A stretch of 56,679 nt of DNA, counting the filler, from Sphacelaria rigidula (taxonomy: Eukaryota): the NCBI GenBank assembly GCA_964200075.2. It is 7 parts of 7 records of this genome, joined end to end, with 100 filler letters (N's around TTAATTAATTAA, not from the genome) between each part and the next. Parts side by side here need not be neighbours in the genome. Positions count along the whole stretch, not along the records: positions 8,113 to 16,124 come from CAXNAA020012647.1; positions 16,225 to 24,236 come from CAXNAA020012648.1; 5 more parts are not named here. One strand, written 5' to 3'. Every line of letters starts with the position of its first letter. Positions within the stretch are counted from its first letter, which is position 1. Below, piece after piece: positions 11,230 through 24,336 of this stretch. Both the position numbers and the translations under genes were made by a program. The notes under the pieces are model-generated. The model saw nothing but the letters and a program-made list of their open reading frames with translations, was not told the origin of the DNA and did not search any database.

Positions 11230-14200
11230 AATGAGACAATTGTAGGACAGAGATGCACGCTCGGGTCTAGGAGTGGTACGAACGACCGTAACATAAAGCA
11301 GGCCCTGGTTACGAGGAAGCCCACACGCCGAAATCGCAATCAAGTTGGTGCTAATGGTGGTGGGGATGGTTCTCTAGTGGTTCCGTAGCCGACGAGAACA
11401 ACCAGAACAGCAGTTTGGAAAACGTAGGCAAGAAGTACGATGACATGCGAAACAAGTGTCACCGTTGCTCACAGCAAGGACATCGATGGTTCGACTGTAC
11501 CGCACACGTTATCCCAGGCGGGAAAAAGTCACACGGTGGCTCTGGTGATATCATGGCGTGTTTGTCGACTAGAACGCCAAGCGAGAAGGATGCTGCAGGG
11601 GAGTACGACAAACGTATGGATGGCACTGAAAAGTAAATAGCGTATAGTGGTGGCACCTTTCTAGTGGATAAATAAGCTGCCTTGCTTCGTGACGTGCAAC
11701 CGTCAGGGGACAAAGCTAAGATCAGATATAACACCTGAATTAACGTTGAGCGTTAGGTATGGGCCATTTACTGTAGTTTTCCCCAGCCAGGCAGGGGATG
11801 TGGTAAGGAGCCTTGATAAGGTGGAATCCGTGCCCAATTTGGCTTTTCAAGTATTTGCTCCGCACAAACGACTAATGACTTGAATGTCAGTGAGGACCTA
11901 CTGGATGGACGTCTCAGGCTTTGGAGGAATTTATGTGGGTACTCATCCTATAGTAACATGAGCTTGATGACTACACCCCCCTTCCCCTTTTGGTTCCCGA
12001 GCCCGTCGGGAATCTAGGGCAACCTGGCTACCCTATTCCCTTGGCATTTCCTGTGTGATGGCCCCTGATAGTGCTAACTCTCGTGAGACTGCCGTAGACA
12101 TTAACGTTTTCCAACTGCGTGCAAGGACAAACTGGTGAGCTTCCAGTGGAAGACAGCCAAATCGCTAGGTACCGACTTACGTGGTGACGTGAGACGGTAT
12201 ACAGGAGGCCCCAATGGTAAGTCTGACGACGGAGGAAAGTTGTTTTGGCGGGGATTATGAAGACGTATGTAGGTACTACTGTACCAAGCAGGAATATACC
12301 AGCGCGGAGTGTCCGGAGCTGAACGGCGTTGTCGGGAGAGCTCTAGGTATCATTCGAAACGCCGTACTCGCCGCTCGCATCCAAGCCTCCATCCTCTTTC
12401 CACACGTCGAGCTGCCACCGCCGGAGACCCGCTGGGCTGGGGCAATATATTGGGCGTGTGACGCACTGAATCACACCGGGACGATGTACAACCCAGGTGG
12501 CGAGTCGGCGTGCAAGATATGGCACGGCAAGACAGCACCTGCATCACCGCACCCGTTTCTTAATCCGGGTTTTCGCCGCTTGAATCACCCGTTAAATTCG
12601 TTCACCAAGCGCAAGAGTGAAATCGGCCTAGGGCGCGGCGTCGACCAACCCCACGAGCCATTGCGGATGCTGACGCGAGTGAGCAAAGTAGTGAAGAGAG
12701 GGGAGCAACCTGGGAGGCGTCGCCGATCATGCGGGTGCTCCCGGTACAACTGCAGCAGCCAGCTTCGCCGAAGCTAGCAAGGGCGTCGGAGTTGGGAGGG
12801 ACCTCAGAGCTTCAAGGCATGTCGGAACTGGAAGAAACACCGGAGCCGGAAAGGCTAAATTTCGATTCTGCCTCATCGACTCCATTACCGCTACTGGGGA
12901 GACGGATCCCCTTTCAGCCCTTCAGCGTCGAGTGACCCTTCCTGCATGGAGTGCAGATGATGGTGGTGACGATGAGCGGGGTTACCGATAAAAATCAGTC
13001 GGCCCCCGACGACAAAACTGCTTCTTCAGGTGTTTATTTGCCATCAGTGGATAGTGAGCCGCCTGCCGATGGTGACCTCTCAGGTAATCCTTAGCCCGCG
13101 AGGCTAGTCCATCTGGATCGTGTATACTTTTCTCAAGCTAAATTGGTACCGATTCAACATACTATCGCTGCTCATGGGTTGAGCACACGACTCGTCCTCA
13201 TCGGACAAGTAATCGAGTTGGAACGGCAGGGTGGACCGCGACTCGCCAAATATACTTGGATCTGGAAATGGCGAAGAGCTGAAGCGAAGCCGAGCGCTTA
13301 CGCAAGCACTCAGTGAAACCGTAGCCAGCCTCGTATCTATGTGAGGACCTGATGAAGGGGAACAAATAATCCATGGGTTGGTAACGGTACAGGAGGCTAT
13401 CCATAAGGCGGGCGAGCTCCCTATAATTCTCGTCCGGAAACCGGGGCCGGATTCGTTGATGGAGACGATGAATATAGACTTGGATAGAGTCATGGCTGCC
13501 GAAATGTTCGCGGAGGTAACTGACATTCCGGATGAATGCAACATTTTTTATGCTAAGTGGTTGTATGGGTGGAAGAGTGATTCACATGGTATGATTGACC
13601 GGGGAAAATCTCGTATGAACAGCCGATCGTCGAAACTGAGGGTGGAGATTTTCAATGAAGATGAGAATCCGGAGGTTTAAAATCTTCGTATCCACCCAAA
13701 ATCTCCGAAGTATGGTTCCATTTCTTTACCTACTGGTAGTTATGGACGTATACTACACATAGTAAAAACCGTGATTTCGATAATCAAAATGTTGGGATCC
13801 TAGATAAAAAAACAAATTTCGAGGCATTCCGGCAACACGATCGGATCGACTAAATCTCCTATACTAAGTGTTTCTTCATCTGAGACCTCAACATTTCGAT
13901 TATCGAAATCCAAATATGTAGGGCGTGTAGCAGTTACCAAAGAGCCACCAGTAGGTGAATGAATGGAGCCACGTCTCGCAGATTTGGTGTGGATGCGAAG
14001 ATTTTAATCCTCCGGGTTCTCATCGTCAATGAAAAGGTTCACCTTTAATTTCGATGATGGGCTGCGTATGTAACCTACGGGGAGAGTCAGGTAAACGGAG
14101 TAGACTACTCTGAGACGTCAGCCCCTACGGCATCTGGTACACTCGCCAGGTTGGTGGCGGCTATGACATGTAAGCTAGAAGACTGAGATCTGAGGAACTT

Positions 14201-15090
14201 GGATGTAGACCAGGCCTTCATTCAGTCGGAGTTGAACGCCGATGTCTACGGGCGCGTACTTCCCAGCAGGGGATTAATATTCGCGAAGGTACCGCGTCTC
14301 AACGGATCGAAGCAGAGCGGTGGTGTCTCGTATCAAGCGTTGTCGTCAACCCTTGTGGAGTGTTGTTTCGAGCAATTCTTGGTAGATCCTTGTCTATTTC
14401 GAGTGAGGGTTGCTGGTGACGTTGCGGCGATGGTCTTCGACATGAACAACATCATGGTAGCAGCTACGGAGGTGACTGAAGTGATTGTCGGTGCGCTCGA
14501 TCAGAGATTTCTTGCTTAACAGAGGTTTCCCGCTTCAAATTTCGGGAGGTGGGATGACACTTCGAAGTGTACAGGGAGCGAGTACAAAGGAGATCGAGAG
14601 AGAGGTCCTTGGAAGATTTCACAAGCCCAGCTCACTCGGAGTGCGCTGAATCGTTTGGATGTCTCGAAGACCAGCCCTGTTCCCGATATACAAGCGAGGA
14701 GGAGACCGTGATGGATATCTGCCCTTGCCACGAGACTGCGGGGATCCTGATGTGGACAGTGATTCATAAGAGGCTCGATATCGAGATATGCACTTCGGGC
14801 AGTCGCTCGGGTGTGACATAACCCGAAGCCGATTCAACACGAGGCGACAAATAAGATATTCTGGACTATTTTAATGCTACGTCGGACTTAGATCTACTTT
14901 GCGAGAAGAGCAGGGACTGTGGATATCTTCAGTTGGAGTTCGACTTGGATACGTACGTTGACGCAGACTACCCCCATGAGAGAGGGGGGGGGACGACGAC
15001 GTGTCGTTTTTCGTAGCTATTCACTGGGGGGGGGGGGAGTTCAGTAGTGTCTTGGTTCTCTGGGACGCGACTGCTCCTCACACAGGTGTA
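11230..15090 (+). mobile_element. Decayed Ty1/Copia retrotransposon (gag-PR-INT-RT-RNase H)
   Basis: Zinc knuckle CHRCSQQGHRWFDC (~11457); PR remnant EK*IAYSGGTF; integrase QEYTSAECPELNGVVGRALG; RT AKWLYGWKSDSHGMIDRGKSRM, GVDYSETSAP, LDVDQAF, DPCLF; RNase H TYVDADY; Copia domain order. Confidence 0.88.
13620..14064. mobile_element. MITE with long imperfect TIRs and a near-perfect 8-bp TSD (hAT-like), inserted in the Copia RT
   Basis: Termini CAGCCGATCGTCGAAA...TTTCGATGATGGGCTG with >120-bp imperfect TIRs; flanks CGTATGAA (13612-13619) and CGTATGTA (14065-14072); RT sequence resumes after the element. Confidence 0.8.
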
Positions 15091-16124
15091 ATATTTCGTG
15101 CAGAACCCCTCAGTGCCGAGCCGTGTCTACACTCTGCATGATCACAAGGACGAAGTGTATAAGTCCACGGCAACAATTAGCGGGACCAAAATGCCACCTC
15201 ACATCGTTATCTCGGCCGTAGATGACTCCGTCTACCTCCCACCCGCCCAAACGAGCGCCAGCACCTGTGCAACTGGATCCGACATTGTACCTGAAGGAAT
15301 GAGCCACGTGAATGGGACGAAGGGAGTAGGGAGAGGTGAGATGGAACACGGTTATCACAAACACCTGTGTAAGCGATCAATACACTTATTAACATGAAGG
15401 AGTCGATTCGTGGATGAGAACTTGATTACCGAACAAAAAACCTACCATGTTTATGCAGTCCCAAACAGAAAAAGTGATAGCTGTACGCATTATTAAGGAG
15501 TTAAGCTTGGTCGCCTCCGAGAAAGCAGCCACATCACACCTTCGCCCTGTCATATTCTCCTGCACAGAGGATTGAACCGTACGTGCCCGTTGCAGGCACA
15601 ACTGTGCAGCAACAAATCAGTCCAGATTCAAACCACAGTAAGCACTTCAGTCTAGGTGTTCACATAAATGAAGTGTCCCCTAGTATTTTACAGTACGAAC
15701 CAGAGCCAATAATGATTATCCGCGGCTGTAAGGCTTACTGGTAAGGACTCACTTGAAACTCAGAGCAACGGCGGCCAGAACTGGTGGTGTCCGGTATCCT
15801 AGGAGAGTGACTACAGGAGGGACCGGGGACACCGGTACAAACTGCCTTATGCCCAGAATTATGTCTATGCCCAGTCATGATACAGGAACGAAAAGCCGAA
15901 AACTCTCAGTTCAATAAACATTCCAGCAATACTCTCTGTTGTGCACATGGGCGTTCAAATGCGCAGCCGACAAGACAATTCGACCATGCAACTTGTATAT
16001 CGTATCGACCGCTGTCAACAATTCGGAACATCGACTTGGATCTTTCAACAGCTAACAGCTGATTTTCGAAAATGGGGTTGAAAAACAAAATGAGGTTCAA
16101 CTCAAAAGCCGTGCTTTTCCTGAC

Positions 16125-16224
16125 NNNNNNNNNNNNNNNNNNNNNNNNNNNNNNNNNNNNNNNNNNNNTTAATTAATTAANNNNNNNNNNNNNNNNNNNN
16201 NNNNNNNNNNNNNNNNNNNNNNNN
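16125..16224. other. Artificial contig linker
   Basis: N44-TTAATTAATTAA-N44. Confidence 0.98.
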
Positions 16225-17954
16225 CAGAATGAGGTTTTCGGGAAATTGGGGGGGTGAACACCGTTTTCCAGTCTGTAGGGCCCCGCTGATACAGCTTCTT
16301 AAAGTTGGATACAGAGTTGTACCTGACCAGCCGCAGGCGTACGTCACTACTGACGCTTGGCCACAACATGGCGCGTCAGGCTGATTTTGTAGTATGACAG
16401 GGTTGTATGCGAGGCAGGGTAGGAGCGAGCAGCACCCCTACGTCGCCTACCGAGTTTACTCGACACATCGACCAGCCTACAGGCACCTATTGGATAAAGA
16501 GGAGCTTTTTACACATCACCTACCACCTTCGGTCTCTCCGCCTCCACGGTCGCGAGCCCACAGCCTTAACGTGAATCTTTTAGCTGTGCTGTACTTTTAC
16601 CCTCATCCACGATGGTTACCTGTATTATGGCTTGGGTTGTGTGATTTCCCCAAACAGCTGGTCGATTGAAAGAGAAAGAACCCTCAGTTTGATAAAACGA
16701 GTTGATCACAGGACGGGCTTGTCACAATCCCTTCACTGGTGAGGCGCGACTTGCTCTGCTACTGAATACCGTAGCGTTCATGGGGCTTCAGAGGTAGCTG
16801 GTTATCTCAAGCTGTACGGTTTTCTCTCTCGTCGGCTGCTGTTCGCGCATCAACCAACCGCAAGCTTCGTTTGTTTGTTTTTCCAAGCCCTTGTAATTGC
16901 AGTCCTTCATTTCACTTGATATTTGTACACACCAATTATCGGGTGATCAGCTGTTTTTTGTTTTTTCAAAGACAGCTGCCTCTTTTTCCACTTCGAGTTG
17001 ACGAACCCTCCGACTCGGGTCTAGCTTCAGGTCTTCGATGTGTCACACAGTACCCACATTGGTTTCAGGCAATGGCGACCGAACCGCAAGGTGCTTCAGG
17101 TACGAGCGCACACGCAAGACCTCTTTTGCTACACAACCAAACACCCCCCAAACGCCCCACGACCGCCCGTGCTCACAGTCCGTCGATCCTGTATCAACCG
17201 AATCGACCGATTGGTGTCCCAACACACGCCGATTCATGCTTGCAGGTAAAGAGTACGCGGGCTATTTTAATCGCCGCCCGCTGCACAGACGATTTTTCCT
17301 CCAAACACGGAACGTTGAGCCACCATGTGCACCATATTGTATCGATGCGACATGATGGACCAGGACTAAGAATGTTGTCTGTAGACGAGCATGATTGAAC
17401 ACGGCGAGGCACGAGGCTCATGCTACTTGTACACAAGCTCTCGACTCTGTACTCTTTTTACTTTCATACGGCACCAGGGTACACTAAAGTTTGATTGCCG
17501 CCCCACCAACACGCACTACAGTACATACTTGATCGTCCAGAAAGCCGCGTACCTTTCGCGTTGAAATATTGTTCCGAATTGAAGTACTGACTCCAGTACA
17601 GCACCGTCTGAATTACAAATGGTCTCGGCGGGCAATATGTTGCTGACGGTGAGGTGCCGTGCTGTAGCATACGTGGTACTGTTACATTATCTGAACAAAG
17701 TCATCTGTAGTACATTGTGGATATGATCGGCACGGGTATTGCGTTGTGTCGGGTGTTCTTCGTGTGATACGAACGAATTGACATTGGTTCTGTACCATTG
17801 ACCCGAGCCTCCGCTGCACCACGCGAAGATCGTACATACATACTTTACTATGCCACCCAACATTTACTGTCCGGTACTTTGTGCGTTGCTGTTTGTACTG
17901 CACTACATATCTATATTGCGGTTGTGCGTGTCCATCTCTTATTTGTCTACCTGT

Positions 17955-18953
17955 TGTGATGGTAAATGACTGAGTGCCTGAAATAAACTAGTTCTTTGGG
18001 ATTTGCAGATGGTCCCCAGAAACGACCTGCAGATAGATATGAAAAGGTTCTACTCGAATGTGTGCTTGTAAAGTAGATGAGTAAGCGGTGCATTTTGGAT
18101 ATTACTGCGGGATCCGAGGAATCTCTAGAATGGTCTGTGCATCCTCAACTACGCACGTTTCTACGGACGCTTTGATTGGCCACAGCATGGCACGTCAGGC
18201 TGGTTTTGTAGTCGGATTGCTTGTATCGGATTGGCCATATGGGGCATGCGCCCGCCGAAATAGGATGATGAATGGCACGCGCCACAACGAGTTGATATGA
18301 TTGCCATTGTATGCGTAGCTAGGAGCTTTTGAGGCTAAGGGTGAGCAGCACCGCCCATGAGGTAACTTGCGATCCACCGGTGAAAGAGAGGCCTACCGTA
18401 GAACAAACCACAAGAAGGACCATCAGCTTTTCATCTGCTCTGCACGAAGTCTGACTCTCTGGCCAGCAAGCTGTCTCCCAAGAAGTGAGTGATGCGTATC
18501 ATAACCCCTTTGTATCTTTTGGGTTTTTGTGGTGGCCTGATCACGAGGTGCTACTGGCGTCCCTCTCACAGAACATACCCGTTCAGGGGTGACCCCGTGG
18601 TCAGCGGCTGACCAGGGTGAATAATCGCAGTCGAGGGGAAACACCCTTGAACTCGTGGGTAACAGACCCTAGAGTCCGTCCAGCACTGTTTCATAAGGCC
18701 AAGCAGGGGCTCACTTTCACGTACAGAAGAGGTGCTCCTGACTTGCTTGCAAGCAGGATGTCTCCAAGCATGGCTGATAGCTGTTGTTATTCAGCTCGCT
18801 TGCGGTTGCTAAACACGAGTGACCAGGCTGGGGAGAAACTGCAAACCCGCCTGGAATATAACCACACTATCGCACAGCTGGAATACGACATATCGCCCAT
18901 ATCACGCACATGGGGAACGCCTTCTATACAAGTGACTGATATCCGTCGTCACA
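17955..18953 (-). mobile_element. Putative 3' LTR of Gypsy element B
   Basis: Minus-strand PPT AAGAGAGGGGGA immediately before TGTGACGACGG at 18953; the other boundary is a guess. Confidence 0.4.
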
Positions 18954-20120
18954 TCCCCCTCTCTTGCTTTGTGTGTGCTGTAATGCAAAGTAGGGCATGT
19001 CACGACTTATTTCATACCAAAAACGATCCACTCAAAGATACGCCATCAGCCTAAAATCGACGAGAAAACCGCGGAATTTCATGGCTAGCGATGACCACGG
19101 AAAAAACTCGTTATGAAATCAAAAGATGGGCCAAACCTGGTACTCAGGGGAGAAGCCTCATCGTTTGGGGGAAAACTCTCTCACGCCCTTTCGGATCATA
19201 GCGCGGGCTTTCGCATGTGCTATGTCGTCCCGGGATCCCAGTTATCCTGGAAACAGACACCACTGAGAATAGTCAAAAACTATCCTCAGGTGGTAACGGC
19301 GCTTAGACACCCGTAATCGAGCAGATCGATTCTGGATAGTGTGGGACTCGCAAAAAGCCAACCCACAAAAACAAACCAATACGTTTGCTGGCTGATGGGA
19401 GTGGGTAGGCTTTCCCCCGTCGACCAGCAACCGCCGACCTACTGGACACCGGGTGCTCTAATATCTTATATCAAGAGTTCTGTCATGATACAGTGTCCAG
19501 GCAGGTACACGGTGCCCACCCTTCTTGAAAAATGCTAATCGTACATGATGTTTTCTATAAAAGAGTGGGGCACCCTAAAGTCGGATCCGCAGTCACGGAT
19601 ACCAAAAGAGAAAGAAAAAAAACGTGAAGCGGAACTAAGACTGACCACAGAGGGAACAGCAGAAAAGAAAGAAAATTAAAATGTGCATATAAAGCAACAG
19701 TGCATAGCGCGGAAAAGGGTACGGCAACTCCGCATCCCTTCGGGACAAGAAACCAAGAAACGGAGGAGCAGCGTAGGCGCTATAGGACCCGGAAGGGCTA
19801 TAGAAAACAAGCAAAAGCGGCTATGGAACCCAGGGGAGACGTGGACAAGAAACGGCTGATACAACGAGCTCCGTTCGCCAGACTATGTGTGTTAGGAATA
19901 AAAGGGAAAAAAAGGCACGAAAAAATGGGAAAAAACAACAACTCAAGACTCGTACTTCCTCAATTACATACATATAAAAAGAAAAAGAAAGAAAAACCGG
20001 AGGCAACAGGATATAGACTGCACACTCTCAAGGTACCGTGCTGAAGGGTTGCTACTCTACGCTTTGTCCCATCTGGTGCCTCTCTCTTTTTCTTTCCCTT
20101 TTTTCCAATTGCGCCGCTTC

Positions 20121-23100
20121 CTAGTTCGTCACTGGCGGTGTTGCCGTCCCGCCGGACTGCGCTAGCTGGTGGAGTTCTCTCCGTGACAACTCTTCCCAGT
20201 CCCCGTCGTCGTATCGCACTCTCCAGAAACGCTTGCCATACTCGAACACTTGTTCTCTCTGCTTGACTCCGCCGAAATCGTTCCAGAACGTAAAACCTAC
20301 GGGGAACAAGTTCAGGGCGTCACTGCGTGACAGGGGGGTCTGGCGGATGCTCGGGCGAGATGGCGTACTTGGTGTCTTGGCCGGGTGGTGGAGACACCAC
20401 AGTGCGTGGAAGTCATCCAGTTGCAGAGGTGTGAAGCTTTCCAGGACGTTGCTCTCCGGAAGCCAATCTGACGTCGCCCCCTCCTGCGTCCTTCCTTGAT
20501 ACTCCCAACCTGCACCTTCCCCCGATTTGCACTTGCGGCGGTTCACTAGGGTAGGGAGGCGGAATGAGGAGTTAGTCGACGACGATATCTTGAAGTCTGA
20601 TCCCCATACCTGTCGTGCTGCAGCTTCCTGCCCCTGCCATCTCGATACGTAGAGCTTTCACTCTCCCTCACCATCACCAGATCTCCCTCCGTGACCGACA
20701 CGCCTGCTGCTGGTCTCGAGATGGCTGCATTGTCCTTCTCCCGCGACGCTGCTTTTGCCCCCTGCCTTTTGTCCATCGCCATCCTCACCTCACGGAGGTT
20801 CTGTCTGCTTTGTTCAACGAAGGCATCTAGTCCCTTGCTCAGTTCTGCTTCTTGTGAGAGGGGCACGAGCAAGTCTAGCGATATGCGCGGTTTGCGGCCG
20901 AACAGCAGCTCAAAAGAGGACATGTTGGAGGGGAGAGATGTGTCGGGCAATGTGCGCTTGATCCGGAGGGCGGGGGAGACATACTCATCCCACCTCTAGG
21001 GCCACAGCCTACATAGTTCCGATAGCATGTCCAACAGCCATCCCCCGAGTCGCTTGACCGCTCCCTGACCGCGTGGGTGGTCCGACGGCCCAAAGGCGAT
21101 GTCTGCTTTCAACCACCTGCAGAGATACGTGACGAGGTCGGCCCTGAACTCTTTCCCCTGTCGCAGCGGATCATTTGTGGGACACCGAAAGTTAGGCATA
21201 GCTCTGCTAGGATGCGTGCGATCTCGTCCGCTTGCTTTGATGGCAGAGGAAATCCGAACAGGAATCGGGAGGCGCGGTCAAGTACCAGCAGAATGTATTT
21301 GTTGCAAGAGTGCGACATCACATCAATGGTTAGTAAGTCGATTTCCAACTCGGTCCATGGATGTCAAGTGCGCCGCGGTCTCATCGCCATTTGGCGACTG
21401 TTTGCATTCTTGCGTCGTCTACAGCTGCACGATAGCACGCACTGTCTGGTCTAACGTGTCATGGTAGGCCAGTGGAAGCGATCGTGTATCAAAGCAAGGG
21501 TAGCGCCTACTCCAACATGTCCGTGGAGTGTATGCACGAGTGCCAACAGGTCAGCTACTATCGGCTTCGGCACATCTAGCAGCCTCTTATCGTTGGCTGC
21601 TCGCCACCACAGTATACCTTGATCGTCTACTTTGTAATCTGACCGTCTCTCACTCACCGCCTCTGATGTTTCACCGCCTGCAAGATCTGACTGCACCTAT
21701 TTGAGAAAGGGATATTTCTGTTGGTGGTGCCGGAAATTGCTCACGTTGGTGAGTACCCTTAGTGCACGCTCGATCGCCGTTGTGTCCGTCAAGTCCAGAT
21801 CCGTTAACCCTGTAGGCGTTTCTCCCCCGGCTAGGAGCACTTCACCCACTTCTACCCTTTCACCGGTTGTCGGGGGAATGGTCGGTGTCGGCACCTGCAG
21901 CGGTACTTCAATCGGCGTTGGCTCTGCGGGCGGATTCGGGTCGACTACGTGAGGGGTGAAGGGCAGAGGTGTTGTATACGCAGCATCGGGGGGCTGCAGG
22001 CGTACTGACGGTCTGCGAACACGAGTTGAACGGCGCACGCGTTGGTTATCGTTGATGACTGCGCATTCTGAGAAAGGGGGTAGACTCAGGGTGGCGATGT
22101 CCGGTGGATTGTTGGCATTCGACGATGAGTGCATACCTGTGTCTGCACTCACTGACGTTCCCGCTCCTTCTGGTTGTAGTTACGACAGTCACTGACGTAC
22201 CCACGAGTTTTGGTCCCTGTGGGCCTTCAAATTCTGTGGGCGAGCCCGACGTGAAATCGTCCGGAAAGGAGTCATCAATGTCGGGCTGCGGCTCACTCGC
22301 TTGTGGGAATCGGGGCAATGCATCTGGTAGCACATGTTCGGACCCTTCCCGCCACTGGAGATCGATGTCATACTTCATTAGCCGCAAAGCCCACCTGTGT
22401 AACTTGGGGCAGAGATCGCGGCTACGGAACAACCATATGAGTGCCGAACAGTCCGTAATCAACGTGAACCTTCTTCCAGCCAAGTATGGTCTATAGTGTT
22501 GAACAGCCCACAAGACAGCCATGCACTCTCGTGCTGTGGGTGCTCTGTGCGAGTCGTTACGAGATAATCGATGGCTGCCAAATGATACGATACGTGTTTC
22601 GCACCCCACCGGCTGCAGCAGCACCGCCCCAGCCCCTACCTCGCTCGCGTCCGTCTGCAGTATAAACGAATTGTTGGGATCGGGGAAGGCTAGTACCTTC
22701 CGCGAGGACAAGGCCGCTTTGAGGCCTTGAAACGCCTCTTTCTGCTCGGTATTCCACGGTATGGACAGCGTCCGTGCACGCTTGGATGTGAAATCTTTGT
22801 TGCGGAGCATATCGGTTAGAGGGGGCGGCTACTAGGCTGTATTTATCAACAAACTGGCGCAGGTACCCTGTGAGGCCGAGGAAAGTACGTAGTTCCTCGA
22901 CGGTGGATGGTCGGGGCATCTCGGCGATGGCGGCGAGCTTAGATGGCGCGGGTTGAAGGCCGCTGCTATCTACCAGTATGCCCAGAAACTCCTGCGACGC
23001 CGATGCAAAAATGCACTTGGCGAAGTTCACCGAGAATCCCGCGATCAACAAGCGCTTTAACACGATCACGAGTAGGGCTAGATGTTCGTCCCAGGATGTG

Positions 23101-23900
23101 GTCGCGATAAGAATATCGTCAAGCTAAGTGAACACTCCATTCAACTGTCCTACCGTTCCTTTTACCCGACGGGTGAACGCGGCGGGTAGGACTGTCAGAC
23201 CAAAGTCTGCTCGTGTAAACTCGTATAAGAGGCCATCGGCATCTCGGAACGCTGTTTGGAAGCGATCTTTCTCCGCGATGACGATTTGGTGGAAACTGGA
23301 GGCCAGACGGAGTTGGGTGAAGTAACGCTTACCTGTGAGACCGTCGAAAATGGATTGCATATCCCCGAGACCCCCGCTGTCCGACACCAAGAGTTTGTTC
23401 AGTACACGCCAATCAATGCACAAGCGCAGGGTGCCGTCTTTTTTCTTTACGCATAGGCATTGGGCTGCCCAGGGGGAGATTGAGGTTCGAATGATACCGC
23501 GATCAAGAAGCTTGTGTATCTCTTCGCGGATCATGTGACGTTCTTCCGGGGAAAATCGACGTTGCTTAGCTGCGAATGGCGTACATGACTCGTTAGTTAG
23601 GGGGGGTTCGAGCTCACCGTTGATACAAGCGTGAACCCGCTTAAGGTATGTGGGGAACAAGCCAGCTTGGATAAAGCTCAGCAGTGTGTCCACCAGCTCT
23701 CTCGTTTCCGCTGCTCCAAGCTGGCCCATGTTGGCGTCCTCTACATTAACCTTGGGATTTGGTTGGATCGAGCAACTACTGTCCGGGTGTGAGGCGCGAG
23801 GTGAGGGGTCCACGGGGGGGTCTGTCGTAGACGGATGGGGGTCAAACAGTCAGTGAAACCTGGCGGGATCGTGTACGTTTAGTGCTATCATACGCGCGAT
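20121..23900 (-). mobile_element. pol: Ty3/Gypsy element B pol (RT-RNase H-integrase-chromo/Tudor-like tail), frameshifted
   Basis: RT: SPWAAQCLCVKKKDGTLRLCIDWRVLN and GVFT*LDDILIAT (stop at the first position of the xxDD motif). RNase H: FILQTDASEVGAGAVLLQ, ECMAVLWAV, ITDCSAL. Integrase: HTLHGHVGV, EIDLLTID, IRCDRG, HPRGQGAVKRL, FELLFGRKPR. Confidence 0.93.
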
Positions 23901-24236
23901 CGCGCCAGTAGGCTTCACCGCTACCTGCTCCTTCCTTTTATTACAAGTTTACAGAACACCGGCGACCACGGCTGCCACCACGATACTCCCTTCGCAATCC
24001 CCACCTCTGCCCCCTTGTCCAGGTCGAACTTTGCTTGTGGGAGTACAAGCACAAGCTGCCTATAACAGCCTGGAATCGTTATTGAGGTTAAACATTTTTA
24101 TGAGGTTAAGCTGACCATCAAAATTCCATTTATTTTGTTCAAAATGCTCGGGTCTCGCAACCGGTTGCGCCCATGTGCCCCTAACCGAGACGTTTCTCCG
24201 CGCGGCAGCGAAAGCATGGTGATGAGCAGACACTTT

Positions 24237-24336
24237 NNNNNNNNNNNNNNNNNNNNNNNNNNNNNNNNNNNNNNNNNNNNTTAATTAATTAANNNNNNNN
24301 NNNNNNNNNNNNNNNNNNNNNNNNNNNNNNNNNNNN
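24237..24336. other. Artificial contig linker
   Basis: N44-TTAATTAATTAA-N44. Confidence 0.98.

Noticed and set aside
18173-18425. Solo LTR TGAT...ATCA with a GCTT TSD
   Set aside because: Homology with ~16347 runs across the proposed left boundary, so the termini are likely coincidental
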